Source: Candidatus Bathyarchaeota archaeon (lineage in GTDB: Archaea; Thermoproteota; Bathyarchaeia; Bathyarchaeales; Bathycorpusculaceae). Taken from it: a stretch of DNA of 64,000 nt. The translations under genes and the position numbers were made by a program. Of the stretch, positions 1 to 11,057 are shown one piece after another. The DNA is taken from the NCBI GenBank assembly GCA_963775685.1, contig CAVZJV010000014.1, positions 1,408,001-1,472,000 of the forward strand, read 5' to 3'. Below the pieces are notes generated by a model. The model worked only from the letters and a program-made list of their open reading frames with translations, did no database searches and had not been told where the DNA came from. Position 1 is the first letter of the stretch; each line of letters begins with the position of its first letter.

Positions 1-876
1 AAGTGCGTAGCTGGCTCTTGCACGTATAACCTCGAGAACTTCAGGGTTCTTTTTCTGTGGCATTATGCTGCTGGTTGAGGTGAACTCGTCAGGTAATTCG
101 ACTGTGCCGAATTCGGGCGAACTCCAAATTATTAGGTCTTCAGCTAAGCGGCTTAAATTCACCGCAAGCAGAGCCAGAGCTGATTGAGTTTCCAAGATGA
201 AATCTCGGCTACCGACTGCATCAATCGAGTTCTCCAGGACCGAGTTAAAACCTAAGAGTTGGGCAGTTGTTCTGCGATTTATAGGAAAACTCGTAGTCGC
301 TAGAGCACCAGCTCCAAGAGGGCACAGGTTAACGTGTCCATAAGCAGCTTGAAGCCGCTCAAAGTCACGTCCTAAAGCTTCCGCATATGAGAGCAGGTAG
401 TGGGCAAAGGTGACGGGCTGAGCTGGTTGCAGATGAGTGTATTCTAAGATGATGGTTAGGGAGTGTTTGCTGGCTGTTTCCAGGAGGCTTTGTTGCATTT
501 CGATGACTTTCTGCATTATGTTGATTAGTTCGCTACGAAGTGCCATGCGAATGGCGGTCGTGACTTGGTCGTTTCTGCTCTTAGCTATGTGTAGGTTTCC
601 GCCAACTTCTGGATCTGTCTCAGCTAAGACCGCTTCTTCCACCGCCATGTGTACATCTTCGGCGGCTGGGTCGAGTTTTTCGTTGTCTTGTTTTTGGAGG
701 GCTTCGAGGATTTTTGCGCCGTCTGACCGCTGTATGATTTTTTGCTCTATCAGCATTGCGACGTGTGCTTTGTTGATTGCCAAAACAGCGCCAGCTAACC
801 GAGCATCATCCTTACGTGAGGAACAGAATTTAGCGACGTCTTCGCGGACGTTGCCCAGCCGTCCCCCATGCAGCAT
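1..876 (-). CDS. argH: argininosuccinate lyase (partial, runs off window start)
   Basis: Hand translation: MLHGGRL...[10 protein letters not shown]...[14 protein letters not shown]...[16 protein letters not shown] (fumarase/ASL signature); follows argG. Confidence 0.96.
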   Translation of the reverse strand, partial: MLHGGRLGNVREDVAKFCSSRKDDARLAGAVLAINKAHVAMLIEQKIIQRSDGAKILEALQKQDNEKLDPAAEDVHMAVEEAVLAETDPEVGGNLHIAKSRNDQVTTAIRMALRSELINIMQKVIEMQQSLLETASKHSLTIILEYTHLQPAQPVTFAHYLLSYAEALGRDFERLQAAYGHVNLCPLGAGALATTSFPINRRTTAQLLGFNSVLENSIDAVGSRDFILETQSALALLAVNLSRLAEDLIIWSSPEFGTVELPDEFTSTSSIMPQKKNPEVLEVIRARASYAL

Positions 877-924
877 CTTTGACGTGTTTCCTTTCCCCTC
901 CCGTTTATTCCTGTTAAAGAAAAA

Positions 925-2158
925 TTAGGCTTTCTTTGCTTTGGGCTTCTTGCCTGCCTTCTTTAGCGAGTTGTACATGCGTGTTTGCAGTCCCCAGAGT
1001 TCGATGAAGCCTTTGCTGTAGGATTGGTTGAAGCTTGTTTTTATGTTGTAATTGGCTAAGTTTTTGTCGTAGAGAGAATTGGGCGAGCTGCGTCCAATTA
1101 CTATGAGGCTGCCTTTGTAGAGTTTGAGTTTGACTTCGCCAGTGACGTTTTCTTGGGACTTGTTGATGAATGCATCCAAGTCTTCTTTGAGTGGGTCAAC
1201 CCATAAACCAGCGTAAGCTAAGAACACCCATTGGGCATCGACTTGTTGCTTGAAGAGTACTTCATGCCGGGTCATAACCATTTTTTCGAGGTCTTTGTGG
1301 GCTTCCAAAATCACAGTGGCAGCTGGGCACTCATAGACCTCACGGGATTTGATGCCGACTAAGCGGTCTTCGATATGGTCTATTCGTCCGACACCGTTTC
1401 TTCCGGCAATTTTGTTAACTTCCTCAACGAGGGCGAGAGGAGCCATTTTTTTGCCGTTAACTGCAATTGGAACACCTGCTTCAAATTTTATTGTAACAAT
1501 TTCTGGTTTGTCAGGGGCTTTTTCAGGTGAAGTTGTCCATTCGTAAGCGTCATCTGGGGGCGCTTGACTTGCATCTTCGAGCAATCCGCATTCGATGGCC
1601 CTTCCCCATACACTTGCGTCGATGCTATATTTTTTGGCTGAGTCAGAGACGGGAATTCCTTTGGTTTTGGCGTATGCGATTTCTTCATCGCGTGTCATGC
1701 CCCACTCGCGCACCGGTGCAATAATTTTCATGTCTGGAGCAAACGAACCAAGGGTTATGTCAAAGCGGACTTGGTCATTGCCTCTTCCTGTGCAGCCATG
1801 TGCTAAGCCGGTTGCGCCTTCTTTTTCAGCGATTTCAACCATTTTTTTGGCGATTAATGGTCGAGATAACGTTGTGCTTATGGGGTATTTGCCTTCGTAG
1901 AGGGCGTTGGCTTTGATAGCTGGGAAAATGTATTCTTTGGCAAACTCGTCTTTGGCGTCGATTGAGAAATGTTTGAGGATGCCGAGTTTTTTGGCTTTGT
2001 CCTCAGCTGCTTTAATGTCCTCTTGCTGGCCAACGTCGACTGTGACTGTGATTACTTGGGCAGCGTATTTTTCTTGGAGGTACTTTATTAACACGGATGT
2101 GTCTAATCCGCCTGAGTACGCCAGTACAAATTTTTCTTTTATGTGTTTGCTCCCCCAT
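925..2158 (-). CDS. argG: argininosuccinate synthase; start ambiguous (in-frame ATA at 2142, or ATG at 2158 with a 1-nt indel)
   Basis: VLAYSGGLDTS lies in frame upstream of the track start; also AHGCTGRGNDQVRF and KSREVYECP. Confidence 0.96.
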
Positions 2159-2269
2159 TTTTTGTTTTAAATTGTTCCCCTTACCTTGAGGGCTGTATTT
2201 TTAAACCTTGTGACTTTTTTGTTACTTAACAAGCTTTAAATGTCCCATTTGATACATTCAAAGAACACT

Positions 2270-2848
2270 ATGACAGTCGCCCAAAACGTCAGAAGCCACC
2301 TACGAAATAAACCCTACCTACTGGAAGCCCTCGAAAAAGGCATAGTCAACCTAAGCGAGCTTTCACGGCAAATCCAAAAAGAACTAAAAACCGACGACAC
2401 CAGCGCAATAAAAGCCGCCCTACGCCGCTACTCAGAAGAACTGCAAAAACACAAACAGAAAAGAGAAGAAAAAGTGCTGGCACTCCTTAAACGCAGCAAC
2501 ATAGCTGTTTACGACAGAAAATCCGTCATAATAACGGGAAAAGAATTACCAGCACAAGCAGGCATGAAAGTGGATTTGCTTGGCAAATTCGTCTATTTGC
2601 TTGACAGAAGCGATTTGCCAGAACGCATAAGCACCCTTGTTAAACATGACAACTGCACCATGATTGTTGTTCACTCACCCGAGGAACTTGAAGCCACACC
2701 GGGAGTTGTTGCTTTCCTTGCCACTTTGCTGGCAGAGCAGAATGTGAACATTATCGAGTTCATCTCTTGCTGGACAGAAACCATTATGGTTGTTGAGAAA
2801 AAAGACAGCCTCAAAACCTACGAGGTCTTGTCCAATTTGGTTGGCTAA
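2270..2848 (+). CDS. ACT-domain protein with N-terminal helical/HTH-like region; putative amino-acid-sensing regulator of the thr operon
   Basis: C-terminal TPGVVAFLATLLAEQNVNIIEFISCWTETIMVV is ACT-like; leads thrC-hom-ask. Confidence 0.7.
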   Translation: MTVAQNVRSHLRNKPYLLEALEKGIVNLSELSRQIQKELKTDDTSAIKAALRRYSEELQKHKQKREEKVLALLKRSNIAVYDRKSVIITGKELPAQAGMKVDLLGKFVYLLDRSDLPERISTLVKHDNCTMIVVHSPEELEATPGVVAFLATLLAEQNVNIIEFISCWTETIMVVEKKDSLKTYEVLSNLVG

Positions 2849-2922
2849 CCTTCAGCAGTGCCAGCAAAATTAATAACTCTTTAATCAATACTTCCATGAC
2901 TAGTTTGAACGGCGCTTGCCAA

Positions 2923-4188
2923 ATGGAGAATGAGAAGATGACACATCAAGAATGCATAAACTGCAAAACAACCTACGGCATAGACGAGATTGTTTACTTC
3001 TGCAGAAAATGCGGAGATATTTTGGAGATAAAGTTTGATTTCAAAGAGTTAGCGGAAACGCTCAAAGAAAGCGGCTGGATGAGCAAACCGCTCTCGGTTT
3101 GGCGCTACCGCGATTTCATGCCCATTCACGAAACCACAAAAGTGGTTACATTAAACGAGGGCGGCACAGGATTGCACCGCTCGGAACGCTTAGGCGCAGA
3201 ACTTGGACTCAAAAACCTCTACGTCAAAAACGAGGGCGAAAACCCTACAGGCAGCTTCAAAGACCGCGGCATGACCGTCGGCGTTACCAAAGCCGTGGAA
3301 CTGGGCGCGAGACACGTTATTTGTGCATCTACAGGAAACACCTCTGCAAGCTTAGCCGCTTACGCCGCCCGTGCAGGAATAAAATGCACCGTCCTAATTC
3401 CCTCAGGTAAAATCGCATACGGCAAACTCTCTCAAGCCATGATTCACGGCGCCAAAGTCTTGCAAGTCAAAGGCAACTTTGACCAAGCCTTAGAATTCGT
3501 TCTTAAACTTGCCGAGAAACACAAAGATATCTACTTACTCAACTCAATTAATCCCTTCCGAATTGAAGGACAAAAATCGCTCGGCTACGAAATCTGCGAG
3601 CAATTAAACAACGATGCCCCAGATCGCATCATCGTACCGGTAGGTAACGCTGGAAACATCAGCGCCATCTGGAAAGGATTAACTGAATTCTACCAACTGG
3701 GATACATAAAGAAACTGCCCAAAATGACAGGCATTCAAGCCGCAGGTTCCGCACCAATCGTACAAGCCATCAAAACTAACAGCGACAAAATCATCCCCAT
3801 AGAAAACCCTGAAACCGTCGCCACAGCCATCCGTATCGGCGCACCCGTCAGCTGGAAAAAAGCCGTCAACGCCATCCGAGAATCCCACGGAACAGCCGAA
3901 ACCGTAACCGACGACGAAATTCTTCATGCACAGAAAATCCTCGCTCGAATAGAGGGCATCTTCGTGGAGCCCGCAAGCGCCTCATCAATCGCAGGCTTAA
4001 ATAAACTAATCAAAAACGGAATCATATGCGAAGACGAACGTGTAGTCTGTGTAACTACGGGTCATGGACTAAAAGATCCTGAAACCGCAATCAAGCAAAG
4101 CGAAAAACCAGTCGAAGTGGAAGCGGACATCTCAGCCATCGAGGATTCATTAGGTTTAAAGCATCAAGTGGCAATTCTAGCACGGTGA
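2923..4188 (+). CDS. thrC: threonine synthase
   Basis: NPTGSFKDRG PLP lysine, CASTGNTSAS, VPVGNAGN, EPASA, TGHGLKD. Confidence 0.95.
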   Translation: MENEKMTHQECINCKTTYGIDEIVYFCRKCGDILEIKFDFKELAETLKESGWMSKPLSVWRYRDFMPIHETTKVVTLNEGGTGLHRSERLGAELGLKNLYVKNEGENPTGSFKDRGMTVGVTKAVELGARHVICASTGNTSASLAAYAARAGIKCTVLIPSGKIAYGKLSQAMIHGAKVLQVKGNFDQALEFVLKLAEKHKDIYLLNSINPFRIEGQKSLGYEICEQLNNDAPDRIIVPVGNAGNISAIWKGLTEFYQLGYIKKLPKMTGIQAAGSAPIVQAIKTNSDKIIPIENPETVATAIRIGAPVSWKKAVNAIRESHGTAETVTDDEILHAQKILARIEGIFVEPASASSIAGLNKLIKNGIICEDERVVCVTTGHGLKDPETAIKQSEKPVEVEADISAIEDSLGLKHQVAILAR

Positions 4189-4195
4189 AGCTTAC

Positions 4196-5224
4196 ATGCG
4201 AATTATTTTAGTTGGTTATGGCGTAGTCGGCAAGGGCGTAACAACTATTCTTGCCCGCCGATACAACGAGAAAATTAAGGATTATGGGTTTAACCCAAAA
4301 ATAGTTGCCATCGCAGACATAGACGGCGCAGTAATTAACCCACGGGGTTTAAGCCCTGAAAAGCTCGAAGCAATTAAACAAAAAGGTTACCCAATATCTG
4401 CAGACCCCGATTTCGGTCGTCCGGGAATTTCAGCGTTAGATGTTATTGAATCGGTTGAAGCAGAAGTAGTTGTTGAAGTCACTCCTGTCAACATCAAAAA
4501 TGGCGAGCCAGCCCTATCACATATCACCAAAGCATTCAAAACAGGCAAACACGTCGTCACAACAAACAAAGGACCCTTAGCATTAGCTATGCCAGCACTC
4601 ACCGAACTCGCCGAGTACAACAACGTTTACCTACGTTTCAGCGGCACAGTTGGAGGCGGAACACCTATGCTTGAATTTGCGAAGCGATGCCTCGCAGGAG
4701 ACCGAATACTTTCCATCCAAGGCATACTAAACGGCACCACCAACTATATTTTAACTGAAATGTCTCAAAATCATGTGACCTTCCAAGATGCGCTTGCAAA
4801 TGCACAAAAGTTGGGTTATGCTGAACGCGAGCCATCTATGGATATTGATGGGTATGACTCTGCCTGCAAAGTTGTTATTTTGGCTAATTGGGTAATGAAT
4901 AAAAAAATCACGTTGAAAGACGTTGATATAACAGGCATCCGAGACATCTCATTGCAGGCCCTTGAAGAAGCCACAAAGAGGAACAACACCATCAAGCTTA
5001 TCGGTTCGATAGAGAACGAGAAAGCAACAGTTAAACCCACAGAAGTCCCAAAAACCAATCCCTTATGCGTCAGTGGAGTTTTAAACGCCATAACATTCTT
5101 TACCGAATACGCGGCAGACCAAACGCTCATCGGCAGAGGGGCAGGCGGCATCGAAACCGCCAGTGCAGTTTTAAGGGACCTTTTAGATATAAGACGTAAA
5201 TTAGCAACCAAACTACTAACTTGA
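4196..5224 (+). CDS. hom: homoserine dehydrogenase
   Basis: GYGVVG Rossmann, HVVTTNKGP, GILNGTTNYIL, GRGAGGIETASAV. Confidence 0.95.
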   Translation: MRIILVGYGVVGKGVTTILARRYNEKIKDYGFNPKIVAIADIDGAVINPRGLSPEKLEAIKQKGYPISADPDFGRPGISALDVIESVEAEVVVEVTPVNIKNGEPALSHITKAFKTGKHVVTTNKGPLALAMPALTELAEYNNVYLRFSGTVGGGTPMLEFAKRCLAGDRILSIQGILNGTTNYILTEMSQNHVTFQDALANAQKLGYAEREPSMDIDGYDSACKVVILANWVMNKKITLKDVDITGIRDISLQALEEATKRNNTIKLIGSIENEKATVKPTEVPKTNPLCVSGVLNAITFFTEYAADQTLIGRGAGGIETASAVLRDLLDIRRKLATKLLT

Positions 5225-5236
5225 GAGCGATAGATT

Positions 5237-6646
5237 ATGAAGATAGTGATGAAGTTCGGCGGAACAAGTGTAGGCACGGGCGAAAACATTCGTCACGTAG
5301 CCGACTCAGTATCCCAGTACGCTAAGAACGACTGCAAAGTCGCAGTTGTGGTTTCAGCGTTGGCAGGTGTCACCAACAGTTTGTTTGAGGTTGCATGCCA
5401 AGCTAAGAAAAGAGAAGAAAAACAAATCGAAACCTTCACAAAGCATTTGCTCAAAAAACACCAAGAGGCAATCGCAACCGCAATTTCGAGCAAACAAATC
5501 CAAAAAGAAGTTACCGAAATCACCGAAAAAACAATCTCAGAACTAGAAAAAGTATTAACTGGCATATGTTACGTGGGCGAACTCACCCCTAAATCCATAG
5601 ACTACGTTGCCTCGTTCGGTGAACGCCTCTCAGCACCCATCGTTTGGGGAGCCCTAAAAGACCACAAACTTGAAACTCAGTTCTTCACAGGCAAAGAAGC
5701 AGGGATAGTCACCGACTCAAATTTTGGCGAAGCCAACCCACTGATGAACTTTACCACTCACCTAATCCGAGAAAGAATAGGACCACTATTTGAAAAGGGC
5801 ACGATTCCAGTGGTCACAGGTTTCATCGCAGCAAACCAAGACGGCGTCATAACAACTGTTGGGCGAGGCGGCTCAGACTACACCGCAACCATATTGGGCG
5901 TTGCCTTGCAGGTTGATGAGGTCTGGATATGGACCGACGTCGAAGGCATAATGACCACCGACCCCAAAATTGTCCCTGCCGCGAGAATGTTGCCACAGCT
6001 GAGTTATCAGGAAGCGGCGGAAATGGCGATTTTCGGCGCCAAAGCTATGCACCCACGTGCGCTAGGACCAGTCATAAAAGAAAACATTCCTGTACGAATC
6101 CGAAGCGTATTCCACCCTGAAAACGACGGCACACTTATAACCAAAGACTCAGCCGCTAACGAAACCAAACCAGTCAAGGCAGTAGCCATGATAAAGGACG
6201 TTGCCATGTTAAACGTTAACGGAGCCACCATGGTGGGCGCACCGGGAAGTTACGCCAAAGTTTTCGACATTTTGGGCAGAAACAGCATAAACGTCATGAT
6301 GATTTCCACAGCCATCTCAGAAGCAAACATCTCCATGATAATCAAACGCGCACTTTTAGGCAGGGCAATCAGCAATCTAGAAATTGCATTGCAGGAAAGG
6401 GGAGGCTTAGTGAACGAAGTTAGCGCAGAAGACGACGTTGCAGTCATCGCAGTCATGGGTGCCAACATGAAAGGCACACTGGGCGTTGCATCACACATCT
6501 TTAGCATTGTTGCCAAAAAAGGCATAAACATCCGTATGATTGCTCAGGGCAGTTCAGAGCTGAACATTTCGTTTGTAGTTAAAGAGAAAGATGGTATAGC
6601 TGTGGTTCGGGCTATTCACGAGGAGTTTAGTTTAGACAAAAATTAA
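5237..6646 (+). CDS. lysC: aspartate kinase with two ACT domains
   Basis: VMKFGGTSVG, GRGGSDYTA, WTDVEG, QGSSELNIS. Confidence 0.95.
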   Translation: MKIVMKFGGTSVGTGENIRHVADSVSQYAKNDCKVAVVVSALAGVTNSLFEVACQAKKREEKQIETFTKHLLKKHQEAIATAISSKQIQKEVTEITEKTISELEKVLTGICYVGELTPKSIDYVASFGERLSAPIVWGALKDHKLETQFFTGKEAGIVTDSNFGEANPLMNFTTHLIRERIGPLFEKGTIPVVTGFIAANQDGVITTVGRGGSDYTATILGVALQVDEVWIWTDVEGIMTTDPKIVPAARMLPQLSYQEAAEMAIFGAKAMHPRALGPVIKENIPVRIRSVFHPENDGTLITKDSAANETKPVKAVAMIKDVAMLNVNGATMVGAPGSYAKVFDILGRNSINVMMISTAISEANISMIIKRALLGRAISNLEIALQERGGLVNEVSAEDDVAVIAVMGANMKGTLGVASHIFSIVAKKGINIRMIAQGSSELNISFVVKEKDGIAVVRAIHEEFSLDKN

Positions 6647-6730
6647 GTTCAACGCTTCAACCTTTTCTATTTTATTAAGATTAATTAACTGTTGCTTACT
6701 TAACAAACTGGTCAGAAATGAAGGGTTCCT

Positions 6731-7042
6731 ATGGAAACAAAATACAAAAAATTTTATTTCCAAGAATTGGATTGGATAATCTGTTTCGCAAACGAAGGAA
6801 ATGAGGGAAGAAAATACCTTTTCTACTCAGTGCAGTTCATCGACCAAAAAAAAATGAACAGCCAAGTCATTTTGACCGATATTGTCGATAGCCCGATATT
6901 TGAAAATGGGTACCCTCATACAGTTGGACTCTTCAGGGGGCCTGTTGATAAAGAGGGTAATTTTGAAGCTAACTTTTTGGAACTGAGGATTATCAGGTGC
7001 CTTGAGGATTTCTGGAAGTTCTTAAACGATCTAAACATCTAA
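6731..7042 (+). CDS. hypothetical protein
   Basis: 103-aa ORF filling the gap between convergent genes; no motif recognised. Confidence 0.55.
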   Translation: METKYKKFYFQELDWIICFANEGNEGRKYLFYSVQFIDQKKMNSQVILTDIVDSPIFENGYPHTVGLFRGPVDKEGNFEANFLELRIIRCLEDFWKFLNDLNI

Positions 7043-9696
7043 GGTGGCAAAGTCTTAGACATGAAAACTGAATATTCGTCTGCTGACTTAGAGGTAAATC
7101 CTTTTTTACCGCACAGATTAAGCATCTTTTCATTTTCGGGACTAACATCACTATAAATGGTTTCTAACTTAAGGTCGGTACCTATGTCTAGTAGGTAGTC
7201 CATAAGTTTTGAACCTAACCCTAACCCATGCCAAGAATCGCTCACCATAACTGCGAATTCCCCATTCTTCCTCTCACTGTCAAGAATTAACCGCACCACA
7301 CCGATAAGCCTACTATCCTCAAGCTGGGCAACTATCGCGACTTCTCGGTCATAGTCAAGATTGCAGTACCTAGAGAGCGTATCATGTGACATTTCGTTAA
7401 TGGCTTCAAAAAACCGGAACCTCACACTCTGGGCAGATAGGGATTTGAAGAGCGCGTTGAATCGGTTCTCGTCCTCGGGCTTTATGGGTCGAAGAGTCAC
7501 CTGAACGCCATTTTTCAAAGTTCTCTTTGTTATATATTTTTTCGGGTAAGATGCTATGACCAGATTTTCGGGGTGCTCAGCGCCCTGGCATAAAAATCGC
7601 GACATATCTATTGATATTTGGGCATCAGCTGCGTATGCCTTGTTGTCCTTAACAATTATTGGATTTATGTCGATTTTTTTTATCTCCGGAAAATCCACGA
7701 CAAGCTGAGAAAACCTGATTATAATTTCTTCAATTGGTCCATTTTCAAACTGGTCAGCACATGCATCTTTGCAGTATTGCAGCGCCTTGGTGTTTTCCAT
7801 AATTTGCCGGGAAAGAACCTGATTTAAAGGAGGAAAACCAACGCTTAACTCCCTGTCTTTTTCTATTAAGGCGCCTCCTGTTCCTAAACAGACAATTGAA
7901 CCAAACTGAGGGTCCTTTCTTGAACCTAAAAACAGGCGACAGGGGGCATTGAGCACTTTTGGTTGAATCGCTACTCCATGAAATTCAGCCGTTTCACTTG
8001 ATGCCTTGGCCTCATCAAACAATTGATTGAACTGAAAACAAAGATGATCAGGAGAAAAAACATCAAAACCAAAACTTTGATTTTCATGTTTAGGGCTTAC
8101 ATGTGAATTGAGATTTTTCATTACTAACGGGTAGCCAAGTTGTAAAGCAAAAGCAGCGGATTCTTCGGCGTTTCTAGCTATAAGTGTTTTCACGGTAGGA
8201 ATCTTATACGCCTCTAAGAACTGGAAAGATTCAGGTAAATTTAGAATTTCTCTGCCTTCACTAAAAACACGCCGTAAAATTGCTCTCAGATGCATCGGTG
8301 AAGCTTGGTCTACAAAAACCTCTTCAGGTGTTTGATAGAGCAGCTCCAAGTTTTGAGTTCGAGCATAGATGTTCATAAATGTTCTTACGGCTTCCTGAGG
8401 ACTTCGGAAAGCTGGAATACCGTTGCTATGCAGTGTTCTTCTTGCTTCTTGGCATTGGGGGTCTTCACCCATTAGGCAAACGAAGATATTTTTTCTTGTT
8501 TGCTTAGCTGAAGCAACGATTAAATCGGCCAAGCTACTAGGGCTGGTTAAGCCGGTGGGGGCATATATCACTAGGAGGTTACTTCTTGTGTGATCATCTA
8601 TGCAGGTTTGTATTACCTTTCGGTATCTTTCCGGGGGTGCCTCTTCCAGAAGATCAATAGGGTTCTTTAAGCCACAATAGTAGGGTAAAATGTTTCTTAA
8701 AGCTTGAACAGTTGAATCGCTTATTTCTGCAAGTTTGCCGCCTCGTCTGTTTATTTGGTCCAAAGCCATTAGTGCCGGACCAGCAGCATTCGTTACTATA
8801 GTTAAATCTGGAACCTCGGGACTTGAATGCATAGCCAACGTTTTTGCACAATCAAAAAGCCCGTTAATGGTTTCAACCCGAACCACGCCGCTTCTTCTAA
8901 ACGCAGCATCATGAATTGCTTCTTTGAGTTGACCAGTGTCAGAGACTCCAAAATTTTGATATTCATCCTTTCGGCTGGGCTTAACTATGATGATCGGTTT
9001 GGTTTTGGCAAATCCTCGTGCTGCACTGATGAAGTTTCTCGCATTTTTAATAGACTCTACGTAAAGCATTATAATACGAGTACGAGGGTCATTTCCAAAA
9101 TATTCAATCAAATCACCTATGTTAACATCGATGGTTTGACCCAATGAGACGACCGCACTAAGTCCAACTTGTGTTTCCAAAGACCAATCCAGAGCTGCCC
9201 CGCAAAATGCTCCGCTTTGGGATATGAAGGCAATTTTTCCAGGCACTGCCTTCTTTTCCGCAAAGGTTGCATATAGGTTCGCATTTGGCCTTATAATGCC
9301 AAAACTGTTGGGGCCTATTATCCTCATTCCATAGGTTCTTTTGCAATCAAAAATTCTCCGTGAAAGCTCTTTGCCGATTATGTCGCATTCACGGAAACCA
9401 GCAGAAACAATCACAGCATTTAAAACTCCTGCCATTCCACATTCTTCCACAATCTGGGGAACCGTGTGGGCGGGGGTTGCTATAATTGCAAGATCTACTT
9501 TGGAGGGTACTCGATCTATGCTTGGAAATGCTGTAAGCCCCTGTACGGTTTGCCTAAAGACGTTAACGGGAAAAATTTTCCCCTCGTAACTTCCGAGGAG
9601 GTTGCGCAGAATCCTAGTTCCTATGGAATCTATGCGTTCGCTTGCCCCTATAACAGCGATGGCTTTGGGACTGAAAAAGCCTTTAAGATTACCCAT
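7039..9696 (-). CDS. Pat/YfiQ-type acyl-CoA synthetase (NDP-forming)-like protein fused to a GNAT acetyltransferase
   Basis: CoA-binding N-terminus (AVIGAS, IIGPNSFG, SQSGA), ATP-grasp (DINPI), C-terminal GNAT (RPIKPED, GEFAVMVSDSWHGLGLGS). Confidence 0.9.
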   Translation of the reverse strand: MGNLKGFFSPKAIAVIGASERIDSIGTRILRNLLGSYEGKIFPVNVFRQTVQGLTAFPSIDRVPSKVDLAIIATPAHTVPQIVEECGMAGVLNAVIVSAGFRECDIIGKELSRRIFDCKRTYGMRIIGPNSFGIIRPNANLYATFAEKKAVPGKIAFISQSGAFCGAALDWSLETQVGLSAVVSLGQTIDVNIGDLIEYFGNDPRTRIIMLYVESIKNARNFISAARGFAKTKPIIIVKPSRKDEYQNFGVSDTGQLKEAIHDAAFRRSGVVRVETINGLFDCAKTLAMHSSPEVPDLTIVTNAAGPALMALDQINRRGGKLAEISDSTVQALRNILPYYCGLKNPIDLLEEAPPERYRKVIQTCIDDHTRSNLLVIYAPTGLTSPSSLADLIVASAKQTRKNIFVCLMGEDPQCQEARRTLHSNGIPAFRSPQEAVRTFMNIYARTQNLELLYQTPEEVFVDQASPMHLRAILRRVFSEGREILNLPESFQFLEAYKIPTVKTLIARNAEESAAFALQLGYPLVMKNLNSHVSPKHENQSFGFDVFSPDHLCFQFNQLFDEAKASSETAEFHGVAIQPKVLNAPCRLFLGSRKDPQFGSIVCLGTGGALIEKDRELSVGFPPLNQVLSRQIMENTKALQYCKDACADQFENGPIEEIIIRFSQLVVDFPEIKKIDINPIIVKDNKAYAADAQISIDMSRFLCQGAEHPENLVIASYPKKYITKRTLKNGVQVTLRPIKPEDENRFNALFKSLSAQSVRFRFFEAINEMSHDTLSRYCNLDYDREVAIVAQLEDSRLIGVVRLILDSERKNGEFAVMVSDSWHGLGLGSKLMDYLLDIGTDLKLETIYSDVSPENEKMLNLCGKKGFTSKSADEYSVFMSKTLPP

Positions 9697-9743
9697 AACT
9701 TAAGGATCACCTGCTCATTAATTGGAAATTTTAGGGAAATAGG

Positions 9744-11057
9744 CTATGTTAGGTCAACTTTAACGATATGGGTTGAGCAAGAGATGCATGGATCGTAAGC
9801 CCGCACAAGCATTTCTAAAGCAAGTTCAATTTCTTTTTGCTGCTTATTTACAACCTGTGGCACCAGCGCTTTCATGTCTAGGGAAATGTTACCGTGGTTC
9901 TGGTTAGTGGGAATAACACAGTTTGCTTTTGTACACACCCCAGCATCGTTGTAGGTGTAATCATGGAACAAGATACCACGCGGCACCTCGACTGCACCAA
10001 CGCCTTTTCCTGCTTTAACTTTGATACTTGGATTGTTGTAGTCCGGCTGACCTTTAAGTCCCGCAGCCTCAAGCTCATTGATTAACCGCACAGAATCTTC
10101 CACACTATGCACCACCTCAACGAGTTGAGCAATACTGTTCATGAACGGGTCATGACACACTGGCTTGAGGTCGAACAGCTCAGCTGTTTTCTGAGCCATA
10201 GGCGACAGCATTCGATAGTTAAGGTTAAGTCTAGCCAAAGCGCCAACCATGTAGGAATCTCTGTTGTGTTTTGCCCATTTGGCGGTCGAATGTGGGACAA
10301 CGTATTCGTTGGTGTATGTTAGATATTCGTTTACTGGCGCTGTCCCTGTGTCTGTAGATGCTAACTGTCCATCGTAGAGGGCGTATTCGTTGGGATCAGA
10401 AAGAGCAATGAATTCAGTTTCACGCTCGAAGGTGGGGAAGTTGCCTGCTAAACTCTTAAACAGCCCTGCAACGGCTTGAAGGTTAGGAATCGAATCCTTC
10501 AGCTTCTTTCGCATAGCCACCAATTCCTTGATTGAAGGAATTTTAGAGAAGCCACCAGGGATTAATCTTTGCGGATGAGTGGTTCTGCCGCACAGCATGT
10601 TTGACATTTCGTTTGCGGTTCGGTGAAGTTGAAGGACAATTTTGACTTCTGCCAGATTTGTTGAGGCGAGGGGAATAACTGAGCCCACGTTCATCAAATC
10701 AGGAAGAACTAAAAAGCCTAGATGTAGAATGTGGCTTTGCATGTTTTCAGCGTGTAGGGCTAACTTGCGCAGTTTTAGGTCTTGTTCATTTATCTGTATT
10801 CCCATAGCAGCTTCCGTTGCTTTCAACGAAGCAAGCGTGTGGCCGATTGAACAGATACCACATATACGCGAGGTGATGTGGTGCAGCTCGTTCCATGATC
10901 GTCCTACAACCATAGCTTCGAAGTACCTTGGAGCTTCAGGGATGCTCCATTCGCATTTTTCTATGGCGCCATTCCTTATGGATACGTTAATGTTTCCATG
11001 GCCTTCAACCCTTGTTATGTGATGGACATTTACGTCGACATTTTTTTGTTCACTCAT
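9744..11057 (-). CDS. hydA: group 3b [NiFe]-hydrogenase large (alpha) subunit
   Basis: TRVEGHG, L1 SRICGICS, EVPRG, L2 DPCISCSTH plus short C-terminal extension. Confidence 0.92.
   Translation of the reverse strand: MSEQKNVDVNVHHITRVEGHGNINVSIRNGAIEKCEWSIPEAPRYFEAMVVGRSWNELHHITSRICGICSIGHTLASLKATEAAMGIQINEQDLKLRKLALHAENMQSHILHLGFLVLPDLMNVGSVIPLASTNLAEVKIVLQLHRTANEMSNMLCGRTTHPQRLIPGGFSKIPSIKELVAMRKKLKDSIPNLQAVAGLFKSLAGNFPTFERETEFIALSDPNEYALYDGQLASTDTGTAPVNEYLTYTNEYVVPHSTAKWAKHNRDSYMVGALARLNLNYRMLSPMAQKTAELFDLKPVCHDPFMNSIAQLVEVVHSVEDSVRLINELEAAGLKGQPDYNNPSIKVKAGKGVGAVEVPRGILFHDYTYNDAGVCTKANCVIPTNQNHGNISLDMKALVPQVVNKQQKEIELALEMLVRAYDPCISCSTHIVKVDLT

Noticed and set aside
437-928. 163-aa plus-strand ORF, and the many other short antisense or nested ORFs in the track
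   Set aside because: Shadow frames of well-supported genes (here argH on the minus strand)
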